Below, one piece after another: positions 1 to 8,104 of a stretch of DNA of 64,000 nucleotides. The DNA is from Candidatus Woesearchaeota archaeon. GTDB taxonomy: Archaea > Nanobdellota > Nanobdellia > Woesearchaeales > ARS49. The stretch covers positions 2,517 through 66,516 of the forward strand of contig JACQMS010000011.1 of NCBI GenBank assembly GCA_016203445.1. The letters are read 5' to 3'. The notes under the pieces are model-generated. The model had not been told where the DNA came from and ran no database searches. It saw nothing but the letters and a program-made list of their open reading frames with translations. Made by a program: the position numbers and the translations under genes. The stretch's first letter is position 1, and each line of letters opens with the position of its first letter.

Positions 1-135
1 GACGATTTGGAAAAAAAAGGGTTTGTGGTTCAAGACTTAGACTGCGGAGAAATAGACGTGCCGGTAGTAAAAGACGGAAAAGAATTCTTTGTAACATGGA
101 TTTTTGGGGACGATTCAGAAAGAGAGGCAATATGA
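1..135 (+). CDS. C-terminal fragment of an upstream gene truncated by the window edge (unknown product)
   Basis: Frame 1 is open from base 1 to TGA at 133-135 (…GFVVQDLDCGEIDVPVVKDGKEFFVTWIFGDDSEREAI*). The stop overlaps the ATG at 132 (ATGA). Confidence 0.4.
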   Translation, partial: DDLEKKGFVVQDLDCGEIDVPVVKDGKEFFVTWIFGDDSEREAI

Positions 136-965
136 TTTTCACAGATCTAAGGTTCGGAACTCCTGGAATACCATCAAGGGTTCAAGGAACCATAGAAGGA
201 TTGATAGAAGTTTCAAAATTAGGATTGAAAGCTATGGAGCTAGAATTCGTGCACAACGTTAGTATAACAGAAGAAAAAGCAAAAGTTGTGAGCGCTACAA
301 GAGAAAAAGAAGATGTAAGATTAACGTGCCACGCCCCATATTACATAAACCTAAACGCTGTTGAGAAACCAAAATTAGAAGCGAGCAAAAAAAGATTGAT
401 AAATGCCTCGCTAATTGCCGACTTGTGCGGAGCATTCTCAATAACATTTCACCCGGCATTCTATTTAGGAATGCAAAAAGAAAAAGTTTTCGAAAACGTA
501 ACAAAAGCTCTAAAAGATGTTCAGAAAATTTTAGACGACAACGGAGCAACAATAAGGCTGTCACCAGAAACAACAGGAAAAACATCACAATTTGGAGACT
601 ACGAAGAATTACTAAAAATATCAAAAGAATTCGAAAACATGCAGCCATGCATAGACTACTCACACATGCACGCCAGAAATAACGGCGGTTGGAACACAAA
701 AGAAGAATTCCTAAAAATTCACGAAATGCTGGAGAAAAGTTTAGGAAAACAATCACTAAAATCATTACACTGCCACATATCAGGAATAGAATACGGAGAA
801 AAGGGAGAAAAAAAACACCAGCCATTAAAAGAGTCAGATATGAATTACCAAGAATTAATAGATGTATGGAAAGAGTTCAATGTTGCAGGAGTTATAATAA
901 CTGAAAGCTCAAACATAGAAGAAGACACAATTCTTCTTAATAATTTATGGAGGAAAAAAAGATGA
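132..965 (+). CDS. nfo: Endonuclease IV (AP endonuclease family 2, TIM-barrel). An alternative upstream start at 96 lies in the same frame.
   Basis: The HAPYYINLN…ITFHPAF segment and overall layout resemble Nfo/xylose-isomerase-like AP endonucleases. ATG at 132 overlaps the upstream stop (ATGA), suggesting translational coupling. Confidence 0.65.
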   Translation: MIFTDLRFGTPGIPSRVQGTIEGLIEVSKLGLKAMELEFVHNVSITEEKAKVVSATREKEDVRLTCHAPYYINLNAVEKPKLEASKKRLINASLIADLCGAFSITFHPAFYLGMQKEKVFENVTKALKDVQKILDDNGATIRLSPETTGKTSQFGDYEELLKISKEFENMQPCIDYSHMHARNNGGWNTKEEFLKIHEMLEKSLGKQSLKSLHCHISGIEYGEKGEKKHQPLKESDMNYQELIDVWKEFNVAGVIITESSNIEEDTILLNNLWRKKR

Positions 966-2305
966 TAGAATTCAAAATAAGCAAGGAGACAACAGATATA
1001 AATGTTGATTTCACAAACAAAACAGAAAAGCACAAAGGATTTGAAGGCAAAGAAGGGGAAACATTATGGAAAGACGAGAAAACAATACTCGCGGGAATAG
1101 GAGAGAAACCAACAGGAGAAACTTACAGAAGAACAGCAGGGATAATACTGAATATTATAAGAAAAAAAGAACCAAAAAGCGCAACATTCAATAATGCTGG
1201 AGAGAACGCGAAAGAAATAGCTGAGGGAATATTATTAGCGTCGTACTCATTTGATAAGTACAAAGAGAAAAAAAATCATTCGCTCACAACAGTTCACATA
1301 CCAGAAGCCAAAAACACAAATTTTGAAGAATTAACAAAACTATTTGAAGCAGTAAATTATTCCAGGGAAATAGCAAACGAAAACAGCAACATAATCACTC
1401 CAACATTTTTGGTTAAGGAAGCAAAAAGAATATCAAAAGAGACAGGACTAAAATGCACAATACTGGGAAAAAAAGAATTGGAAGAAGAGAAATTAGGACT
1501 GATACTGGGAGTTGGAAGTGGCGGAGAACACGAGCCAGCACTAATAATATTGGAACACGGGAGCGACAAAGACGGAACACCAATAGCGCTAATAGGCAAA
1601 GGAGTGTGCTTTGATACAGGAGGACTAAACATCAAGATTCAACAAATGCAAGACATGAGATTTGACATGTGCGGAGCGGCAACAGTACTCGCACTAATGA
1701 AACTATCAGACGAAAAAAAAATACGCCGACACATTATTGGAGTCATACCAGCTGTAGAAAATTTTGTTGACGCAAAAAGTTACAGGCCGGGAGATATATA
1801 TACAGCGTGCAACGGCGCAACAGTAGAAATTTCCAACACAGATGCTGAAGGAAGACTAATACTAGGAGACGCAATAGCTTACACGGTAAAAAAATACAAA
1901 CCAGAAAAAATAATAACTATAGCAACACTAACAGGAGCAGTACTAGTAGCACTAGGAGACTACATCGCAGGACTTGTAAGTACTGACGACAAAACGGCAA
2001 AAGAAATTATTGCTGCGGGAGAAACAACAGGAGAGTACGTATGGCAACTGCCGATAAACAAAGATTACATTGAAGAAATGAAAGGCGACAGAAGCACATG
2101 CAAAAATTTAGGGTACGCTGACGGAAAATATGCAGGAACTATAACAGGAGCAGCATTCCTAACGTATTTCACAGACAAAACACCACTAACACATCTAGAC
2201 ACGGCAGGACTATCATGGATGACAAAACAAAGATGGTATTACGAGAAGGGAGCAACGGGATTTGGAGTGCGATTACTATGGGAGTGGCTGAGGAAGAAGA
2301 AATGA
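947..2305 (+). CDS. pepA: Leucyl aminopeptidase (peptidase M17)
   Basis: The M17 signature NTDAEGRL is present, with a 452-aa length and a conserved C-terminal catalytic domain. Confidence 0.85.
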   Translation: MEEKKMIEFKISKETTDINVDFTNKTEKHKGFEGKEGETLWKDEKTILAGIGEKPTGETYRRTAGIILNIIRKKEPKSATFNNAGENAKEIAEGILLASYSFDKYKEKKNHSLTTVHIPEAKNTNFEELTKLFEAVNYSREIANENSNIITPTFLVKEAKRISKETGLKCTILGKKELEEEKLGLILGVGSGGEHEPALIILEHGSDKDGTPIALIGKGVCFDTGGLNIKIQQMQDMRFDMCGAATVLALMKLSDEKKIRRHIIGVIPAVENFVDAKSYRPGDIYTACNGATVEISNTDAEGRLILGDAIAYTVKKYKPEKIITIATLTGAVLVALGDYIAGLVSTDDKTAKEIIAAGETTGEYVWQLPINKDYIEEMKGDRSTCKNLGYADGKYAGTITGAAFLTYFTDKTPLTHLDTAGLSWMTKQRWYYEKGATGFGVRLLWEWLRKKK

Positions 2306-2309
2306 GAAA

Positions 2310-2984
2310 ATGATTCAAAACTGCAAAACGTTAGAAGACTTATGGACAGAAGTTCACTCCATCAACAATCAACACTTCCCAGAGAATGATTTGATGCCCA
2401 TCTTAGGTAATGGAAAAACAAACAATCCCAAGATCATGTTTGTCTTCATCAACCCAACACATGCGAATAGCAGTTCGAGGAAAGATTGGAAAGGGCCGCG
2501 ATTCCCATTTATTGGAACGAAAGCAGTATGGAGAATTTTCCACAGAGCAGGATTGTTCGACTACGATTTGATGAAAGAAATAGAAATATCAAAAACGTGG
2601 TCGATAGATTTCACGAACAAAGTTCTAGATTTTTTGAAGTCAAAATCGCTCTATATCACAAACATCGTGAAATGGACTGGAGAAGATGCAACACTGCCAA
2701 ACAAAGAAAAGATAAAGTTATTCCTTCCCATACTCAAAAAAGAGATAGAAATAGTACAACCAGAATATATTATCACATTCGGACTTATACCGTTCGAGAA
2801 TTTAACTGGGCAAAAGATCAAACTAGGAGACTATTACAATAAAGTTATTGTAGACAAGAAAATTAAATGGTACGAGAAAACATTTAAAAATACATCCACA
2901 AAAATAATTCCCTGTTATTTTCCCGTCGGAAGGGGAAACCCTAAGAGGGCGACAGAGATGTTGAGACTGATAAATAAACTGTGA
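2310..2984 (+). CDS. Mug/TDG-family (family 2) mismatch-specific uracil-DNA glycosylase
   Basis: FVFINPTHANSSS…GPRFPFIGTKAVWRIFHRAGL aligns with the E. coli Mug segment LVGINPGLSSA…FPFAHPANRFWKVIYQAGF. Confidence 0.55.
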   Translation: MIQNCKTLEDLWTEVHSINNQHFPENDLMPILGNGKTNNPKIMFVFINPTHANSSSRKDWKGPRFPFIGTKAVWRIFHRAGLFDYDLMKEIEISKTWSIDFTNKVLDFLKSKSLYITNIVKWTGEDATLPNKEKIKLFLPILKKEIEIVQPEYIITFGLIPFENLTGQKIKLGDYYNKVIVDKKIKWYEKTFKNTSTKIIPCYFPVGRGNPKRATEMLRLINKL

Positions 2985-3000
2985 AAAAGATGCATACCCA

Positions 3001-3393
3001 TTATTTGGAGTGTGTCATTGTTTTGGTATCGCTTGGAAGATAAGGAAAATCTAGTGTTTTTGTTTCAGAAGGCAACGGTGAAGTAAGTAATATTCCACCT
3101 TTTTCAAGAGATACTTGAAGAATTGTGCTGTCTGATAAGTTCAAAACAGTACTAATCTCTTTAGGTATTCTTAAAATGAGATTGCTTCGCACTCTATTTA
3201 GTTTGAGATTATATTTTTTCTTTTTTATTTTGTTCAACAAAAGTATGAATTCTGCTTTTCCAGGATTAAAATATTCTTCTCCGCAGTGTTTACACTTCCA
3301 TCCATCAATAGAGTATCCATTAAAACGAAGATTTTCCTCGTAATATGCTTTCTTTCCGCAGACACAGCTCATCCAACTTATTTTTTTATCCAT
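3001..3393 (-). CDS. Small protein with an N-terminal Zn-ribbon (CxC…CxxC) and a C-terminal AbrB/SpoVT-like segment; putative regulator
   Basis: CVCGKK…CKHCGEE cysteine pairs, followed by a RIPKEI… swapped-hairpin-like motif. Confidence 0.4.
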   Translation of the reverse strand: MDKKISWMSCVCGKKAYYEENLRFNGYSIDGWKCKHCGEEYFNPGKAEFILLLNKIKKKKYNLKLNRVRSNLILRIPKEISTVLNLSDSTILQVSLEKGGILLTSPLPSETKTLDFPYLPSDTKTMTHSK

Positions 3394-3461
3394 GATTTCC
3401 TCCCAAAAACACCAACATGAGTTACTATAAATACTTCTTCATTATAAAGAGCATTAAAACC

Positions 3462-3695
3462 TCATGCAATAACAATATTATACGTTTTTTCACCAGCATC
3501 AAACCATTTTTCTTCCATTGACGCAGACCTTTCCCTCGGAGCAGAATACCCATACTCAAGCCATTTTTTACAATCAGAGAGTTCTATTCCAATATCAATA
3601 AGTTCTCTACCAGCACTCTTTGAGAGGAGCAGACGGAGACCTTTATACCGCATAACAAACAAATCATATAATGGTATGTCATCAACATATGTCAT
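3462..3695 (-). CDS. Hypothetical protein (77 aa)
   Basis: ORF with ordinary amino-acid composition in a run of co-oriented small genes. No recognisable motif. Confidence 0.3.
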   Translation of the reverse strand: MTYVDDIPLYDLFVMRYKGLRLLLSKSAGRELIDIGIELSDCKKWLEYGYSAPRERSASMEEKWFDAGEKTYNIVIA

Positions 3696-3741
3696 ATATA
3701 AACTCTCCTTTTATTAACAATAAAAATTATATAAACAAAAA

Positions 3742-3773
3742 GCTCTCCCGGCATTGGGGGTGACCGGAAGAGC
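3742..3773 (-). terminator. Stem-loop (10 bp with 1 mismatch) followed on the minus strand by a T-rich tract
   Basis: gctctcccgg…ccggaagagc inverted repeat lies just downstream of the stop of the 3781..4080 minus-strand gene. rc shows TTTTTGTTTAT after the stem. Confidence 0.4.
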
Positions 3774-3780
3774 GCATTAG

Positions 3781-4080
3781 TTACTCGAAATCCGCCTCTG
3801 GAAGAATGTTCGCGAAAAACTTATCACTGTGGTCAATAATCCGTTCAAGAACGCTAGGAGTGCTCTCAATCTTTCTAAGCTTCCTATGCTTATAATCAAC
3901 GACGAAAATCTCACCGTTCCTCTCAACAACAGGAACAGCCTTAACATCCTGACCCTGAGCATTCTGAACAGAAGAAAACTCCATAGCGGCATTCCACCCG
4001 CGCTCGTAAACGGGGTGGAGAGCAGCCATGTAAAGACCAATAGCTCCAATCAATTTAAGATAAGTTTTCATTTTTTCCAC
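3781..4080 (-). CDS. Hypothetical protein (99 aa)
   Basis: ORF overlaps the upstream gene end by 13 nt, suggesting coupling. No motif recognised. Confidence 0.4.
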   Translation of the reverse strand: MEKMKTYLKLIGAIGLYMAALHPVYERGWNAAMEFSSVQNAQGQDVKAVPVVERNGEIFVVDYKHRKLRKIESTPSVLERIIDHSDKFFANILPEADFE

Positions 4081-4874
4081 CCTTGAATCCTTTTTTCATC
4101 AAGAATACGAACTTCTTGTGATGATTCCACATTCTCTACGATTGAATTTGTAGAATTTTTTAATTCATTAAGTATCGCGGTCATTCTTCTGAATTTTATT
4201 CCAAGATCTTTAATTGAATCATACGTAGGAACTATTAATCCCGCATACGTACGCATATCATCAACACGCCTACGAGAAATTACTGCATAATCAAGTGTTG
4301 ATTTTACAACGGCTATACGTTCGTTATAAGTAGTTAGCTCGGCACGTTCCTCTAATTCACAGTCAAAATTCAAATCAAGTCTAGACTGAACAACACAAAG
4401 ATCTCGGGTTCCTTCAAGCTTCGCAATATCTAAAGTAGTAAAATCTATAGTTCCAACAACTTCTTTCGGAAAAACTTTCAGCCCTTCTTTGCAATTAGAT
4501 ACTAGAGTTTCAAGTGAACAAATGTTCTTTCTGTCTTTGGCAGTTGATTTAACAAGTTCTAAATGCCTTGACTTTTTAAAATCATAATCTCTCTCTAATG
4601 ATACCAAATCTCTCTCTAAACTCTTAGCTCCACTACCAAATGACTTTGAAGCATTTTCAAGATATGAACAAAATCTTGCATGTTTGACACTAACAGTTGG
4701 CTGCCCAAATACTAAATCACGCAAACCATAAGAAACTCTTTGAACTACCGAGCCAGATATATCAATGACCCTTCCTGCCTTTCCTATATACTCGTCGGCC
4801 GCCTGCACATAAGTGTATCCAGATCCAACATTAGATACGGATCTGGCCATTAATTGTACTTCTCCAAAGCTCAT
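4068..4874 (-). CDS. Hypothetical protein (268 aa)
   Basis: Long ORF with balanced composition. No motif recognised. Confidence 0.5.
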   Translation of the reverse strand: MSFGEVQLMARSVSNVGSGYTYVQAADEYIGKAGRVIDISGSVVQRVSYGLRDLVFGQPTVSVKHARFCSYLENASKSFGSGAKSLERDLVSLERDYDFKKSRHLELVKSTAKDRKNICSLETLVSNCKEGLKVFPKEVVGTIDFTTLDIAKLEGTRDLCVVQSRLDLNFDCELEERAELTTYNERIAVVKSTLDYAVISRRRVDDMRTYAGLIVPTYDSIKDLGIKFRRMTAILNELKNSTNSIVENVESSQEVRILDEKRIQGWKK

Positions 4875-4898
4875 ATTTTCACCTCTACGTTTGTTTGT

Positions 4899-5279
4899 TT
4901 ATTTGTCAAAATCATTAGTTAATGTATTATTATCCTCTGGAATTCCAGTTTTGAACCACAACTTTCTTTCTAGATCAGAATGCTTTTCCCAATGATTTAT
5001 AACGTACTGCGCCAAATCTAAATTACCCCTATCATAAAGAGTTGTTACAGCATCCACAGGCGAGAGCGTTCCATTCGCAAATGCCAAATAAATATTAAAA
5101 TCAAGAGTTCCAGGTTTTGGCCCCCGAGGTTTCTGAACCAGCGCGTCAAAAACCCAGTAAAAAACACGAGACAAAATGGGCCGTCTACATTGAACAAATT
5201 CGAGCGTTGCTCTAGAAAAACATTCCTGTCCATAAGAAAATGATCTTGGCAGAGAATTTTCATCATTAGCTATAATCAC
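4899..5279 (-). CDS. Hypothetical protein (126 aa)
   Basis: ORF with a 4-nt overlap (ATGA-type) with the upstream gene 5276..5578. Confidence 0.45.
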   Translation of the reverse strand: MIIANDENSLPRSFSYGQECFSRATLEFVQCRRPILSRVFYWVFDALVQKPRGPKPGTLDFNIYLAFANGTLSPVDAVTTLYDRGNLDLAQYVINHWEKHSDLERKLWFKTGIPEDNNTLTNDFDK

Positions 5280-5578
5280 TTTACCACCCCGTAATGTTCT
5301 ATAATATCATTAGAAATAGGCAAAGAAAGACCGCTAGGCTTGTGAAAAATGCAAGGAACAAGATTGCCACGCTCATTCATCCTAACAACAAGCTCCAAAC
5401 CCTCAGGATCCTGAAAATATCCCTGCTCAACACTCAAATTCTTGTACAAAATATTCCTTTCCAACCTAGAAAACGCGTTATGATAAGTAGCACCCAAGTA
5501 GAAAACGCTCACGAACATTCCACAACGCATAGTAGTTTTTAAAACGTCAAAAACGAGTTTTGATCCAAGATCTTCCAT
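5276..5578 (-). CDS. Hypothetical protein (100 aa)
   Basis: ORF preceded by an A/T-rich TATA-like TTTTAAAAT box about 16-29 nt upstream. Confidence 0.45.
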   Translation of the reverse strand: MEDLGSKLVFDVLKTTMRCGMFVSVFYLGATYHNAFSRLERNILYKNLSVEQGYFQDPEGLELVVRMNERGNLVPCIFHKPSGLSLPISNDIIEHYGVVK

Positions 5579-5620
5579 GACAAAATACTAAACTCTAATT
5601 TTAAAATGTTTTTCTGAGAA

Positions 5621-5727
5621 AAAATCGGAAAAACAAACAACAAAACCGCAAAGTTTACGAAAAAACCGGAAAAAACACGCAAAAAAACGACAACAACCGG
5701 AAAACTTCCGAAAAAACCGGAAAAGAA
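5621..5727. repeat. Degenerate array of about 6 AAAACCGGAAAA-like units
   Basis: Units seen directly: aatcggaaaa, aaccgcaaag, aaccggaaaaaa, caaccggaaaac, aaaccggaaaag, within a 107-nt intergenic stretch. Confidence 0.5.
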
Positions 5728-5932
5728 TAAGACGAGAAAGAGTTTTTGTTTATAAAAGAAAAAGCCCGTTAAATCATATCCATTATTTTTTGAAGTCTGT
5801 TAAATTCTTTTGTTGAGATCTCATTTGGAAATAACCCCTCAACATTGTTCAATATTTTATTTCGCAGAGTATAAACGCTAAATTAGTATAAACTATTTTG
5901 GTCGCTTATTATAACTCATCATTAATACTCAA

Positions 5933-6784
5933 TCAAAATCTTAACTCTCTCAACCTTTTAATCCTATCCTCGGTTCTAGGGTGAGTGCTCAAAAGAGACA
6001 AAAAAGTGCTAGCCCTAAAAGGGTTAACGATAAACAGAGAACTAGTAGCTTCAGAACCGCCACGCATAGGCTCATGATGAACACCAACCTCCAACTTGTG
6101 CAAAGCATTAGCCAAACCATTCTTATCCTTCAAAAGACGAGCGGCCTTCTCATCAGCAAGAAACTCCCTAGAACGACTAATAGCCAACTGCAAAAGAGTG
6201 GCCATTATAGGAACAAGAATTGCTAGAGCTATAAGACCAAACAAGTTCTGACCATTTCTATCATCACGACCATAACCGCCAAACATCGCACCCCAACGAA
6301 CAGCAAAAGAAACATAACCAATAACGCTGGCAATAGTTGCGGCGATAGTAGTAATAAGCATGTCGCGATGCTGAATATGAGCCATCTCGTGAGCGGCAAC
6401 ACCCCTCAACTCATCATAATTCAACAAGCCAAGAATACCAGTAGTAAAAGCGATAACCGCTTTACTAGGAGTCGGACCAGTAGCAAAAGCATTAGGAGTA
6501 GGAGAGCTCATTATGTACACATTAGGCACAGGAACTTTAGCCTTATGAGCAATATCAGAAACCATAGAATACAACTGGGAATAAGTATTTTTGTCAGCAG
6601 GCTTCGCGCCATACATGAAAAGAACAAGCTTATGAGAGAAAAAATAACTACCAACATTCATAAAAATCGCAAGAATAAACGCAAAAGTTAACCCTTGAAA
6701 ACCACCAACAAGCCTACCAACAAACAACAAAAGACCAGTAAGAGCTCCAAGAAGAAAAACAGTCTTAACACGATTATCAATCAT
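5933..6784 (-). CDS. htpX: HtpX-like M48 zinc metalloprotease (membrane)
   Basis: HEMAHIQHRD zinc motif, N-terminal TM helices, 283 aa. Confidence 0.85.
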   Translation of the reverse strand: MIDNRVKTVFLLGALTGLLLFVGRLVGGFQGLTFAFILAIFMNVGSYFFSHKLVLFMYGAKPADKNTYSQLYSMVSDIAHKAKVPVPNVYIMSSPTPNAFATGPTPSKAVIAFTTGILGLLNYDELRGVAAHEMAHIQHRDMLITTIAATIASVIGYVSFAVRWGAMFGGYGRDDRNGQNLFGLIALAILVPIMATLLQLAISRSREFLADEKAARLLKDKNGLANALHKLEVGVHHEPMRGGSEATSSLFIVNPFRASTFLSLLSTHPRTEDRIKRLRELRF

Positions 6785-6815
6785 AGAATCGCATTTATTC
6801 CTCGCTATAAAAAAC

Positions 6816-7193
6816 TTACGGAGAATGACTGTCCAAAAAATTTATCAACCCCTCAATCTGCCTAAGCTCAGTATTCTTAAAAAGAAAGTACCTCAAACGA
6901 TTATCAATAATAACACCTCTCTGAGAAAGAACACTGTTCAATTGAGAATACAACTTTTTACCCTCCGAATCAAGATCTGTAAGAATTGCCACCCTCGACT
7001 TTTTAGGAATCTGCTCAACGACATTAAAAATAGCAGTAGTCTTAGTAGTGAGTATTCTAACCGAAGAGAAATTTTTTATAGCTTTCTTATCATTAACACC
7101 CTCAACAATGACAAAATCTAAATCATCAAGTTTTGAAAGAAGAAGTATCAACTTGTCAATTTCGGACTTATTCATGATAACAATGTGCTGCAA
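6816..7193 (-). CDS. Small Toprim-domain protein
   Basis: Conserved Glu (VIVEGVND) and DxD (ILTDLDSEG) Toprim signature, 125 aa. Confidence 0.6.
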   Translation of the reverse strand: MQHIVIMNKSEIDKLILLLSKLDDLDFVIVEGVNDKKAIKNFSSVRILTTKTTAIFNVVEQIPKKSRVAILTDLDSEGKKLYSQLNSVLSQRGVIIDNRLRYFLFKNTELRQIEGLINFLDSHSP

Positions 7194-7209
7194 ACGTTTT
7201 TAAAGCGAT

Positions 7210-8076
7210 ATGCTAAAATTTGTTGATATGAAAATGTTAGCAGTGGGAGATTTACACGGACAAATACCAGTGATAACATTCAAAGAGTTTGATGCAATAA
7301 TACTACCTGGAGATTTCTGTTCTGACAGAGGAAAAGAATACATATGGAAAGCAATGAAGTGGAACGCGAAAAATCCAAAAAAAGAGAAAAAGTGGTGGAG
7401 TTTCTGCGGAAAGAAAAATGCAGAAAAAATCATATTACAAAACATTAATTCTGGAAGAAAAGTTCTAGAAAAATTATCAAAATACAACAAACCAATATTT
7501 GTAGTACCCGGAAATTGGGATTACACAGGGGAAGCAAAAGGAAGAGCATTAAGAGGGTGGAAAATTCAGGAAACAAACTTTTATGAAAAAATAATAAACG
7601 AGTTCCCACTGGTTATAGACTGCTTCAGAAAAAGCTACAATTATGATAATTACAAAATAGTAGGCAACGGAATAATGTCCGCACCAGAAAGAAGAGGAGC
7701 ACAATACGGCTACGAATATTGGAGAAAACCATTAGAAAAACATTTTAAAAACGCTAAGAAGAAAAGAAAACCGATAATTTATTTGAACCATGACATACCA
7801 TACATGTGCATGGACCAGATAACGAATAAGAACTCGCCAGCCTACGGAAAACATTATGGGTCAAAAGTAGCAAGAGACTTAATTATAGAATACAAACCAG
7901 CAATCTGTATAGGAGGGCACATTCATGAACACTATGGAACAAAAAGAATAGGGAAAACAATAGTACTCAACACAGGATTCGGAGGGGACAAGAACACGCT
8001 AATCACGCTAGAAAAAGGTAAAGTAGCAAACATAGAATACGCGACAAATCCTTGGAGCGGAAAAGTGAAGATTTAA
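7210..8076 (+). CDS. Calcineurin-like metallophosphoesterase
   Basis: LAVGDLHGQ, GNWD and GGHIHEHYG metal-binding motifs. Confidence 0.75.
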   Translation: MLKFVDMKMLAVGDLHGQIPVITFKEFDAIILPGDFCSDRGKEYIWKAMKWNAKNPKKEKKWWSFCGKKNAEKIILQNINSGRKVLEKLSKYNKPIFVVPGNWDYTGEAKGRALRGWKIQETNFYEKIINEFPLVIDCFRKSYNYDNYKIVGNGIMSAPERRGAQYGYEYWRKPLEKHFKNAKKKRKPIIYLNHDIPYMCMDQITNKNSPAYGKHYGSKVARDLIIEYKPAICIGGHIHEHYGTKRIGKTIVLNTGFGGDKNTLITLEKGKVANIEYATNPWSGKVKI

Positions 8077-8104
8077 AAATTGCTTCATTCTTCACACGAG
8101 AACA

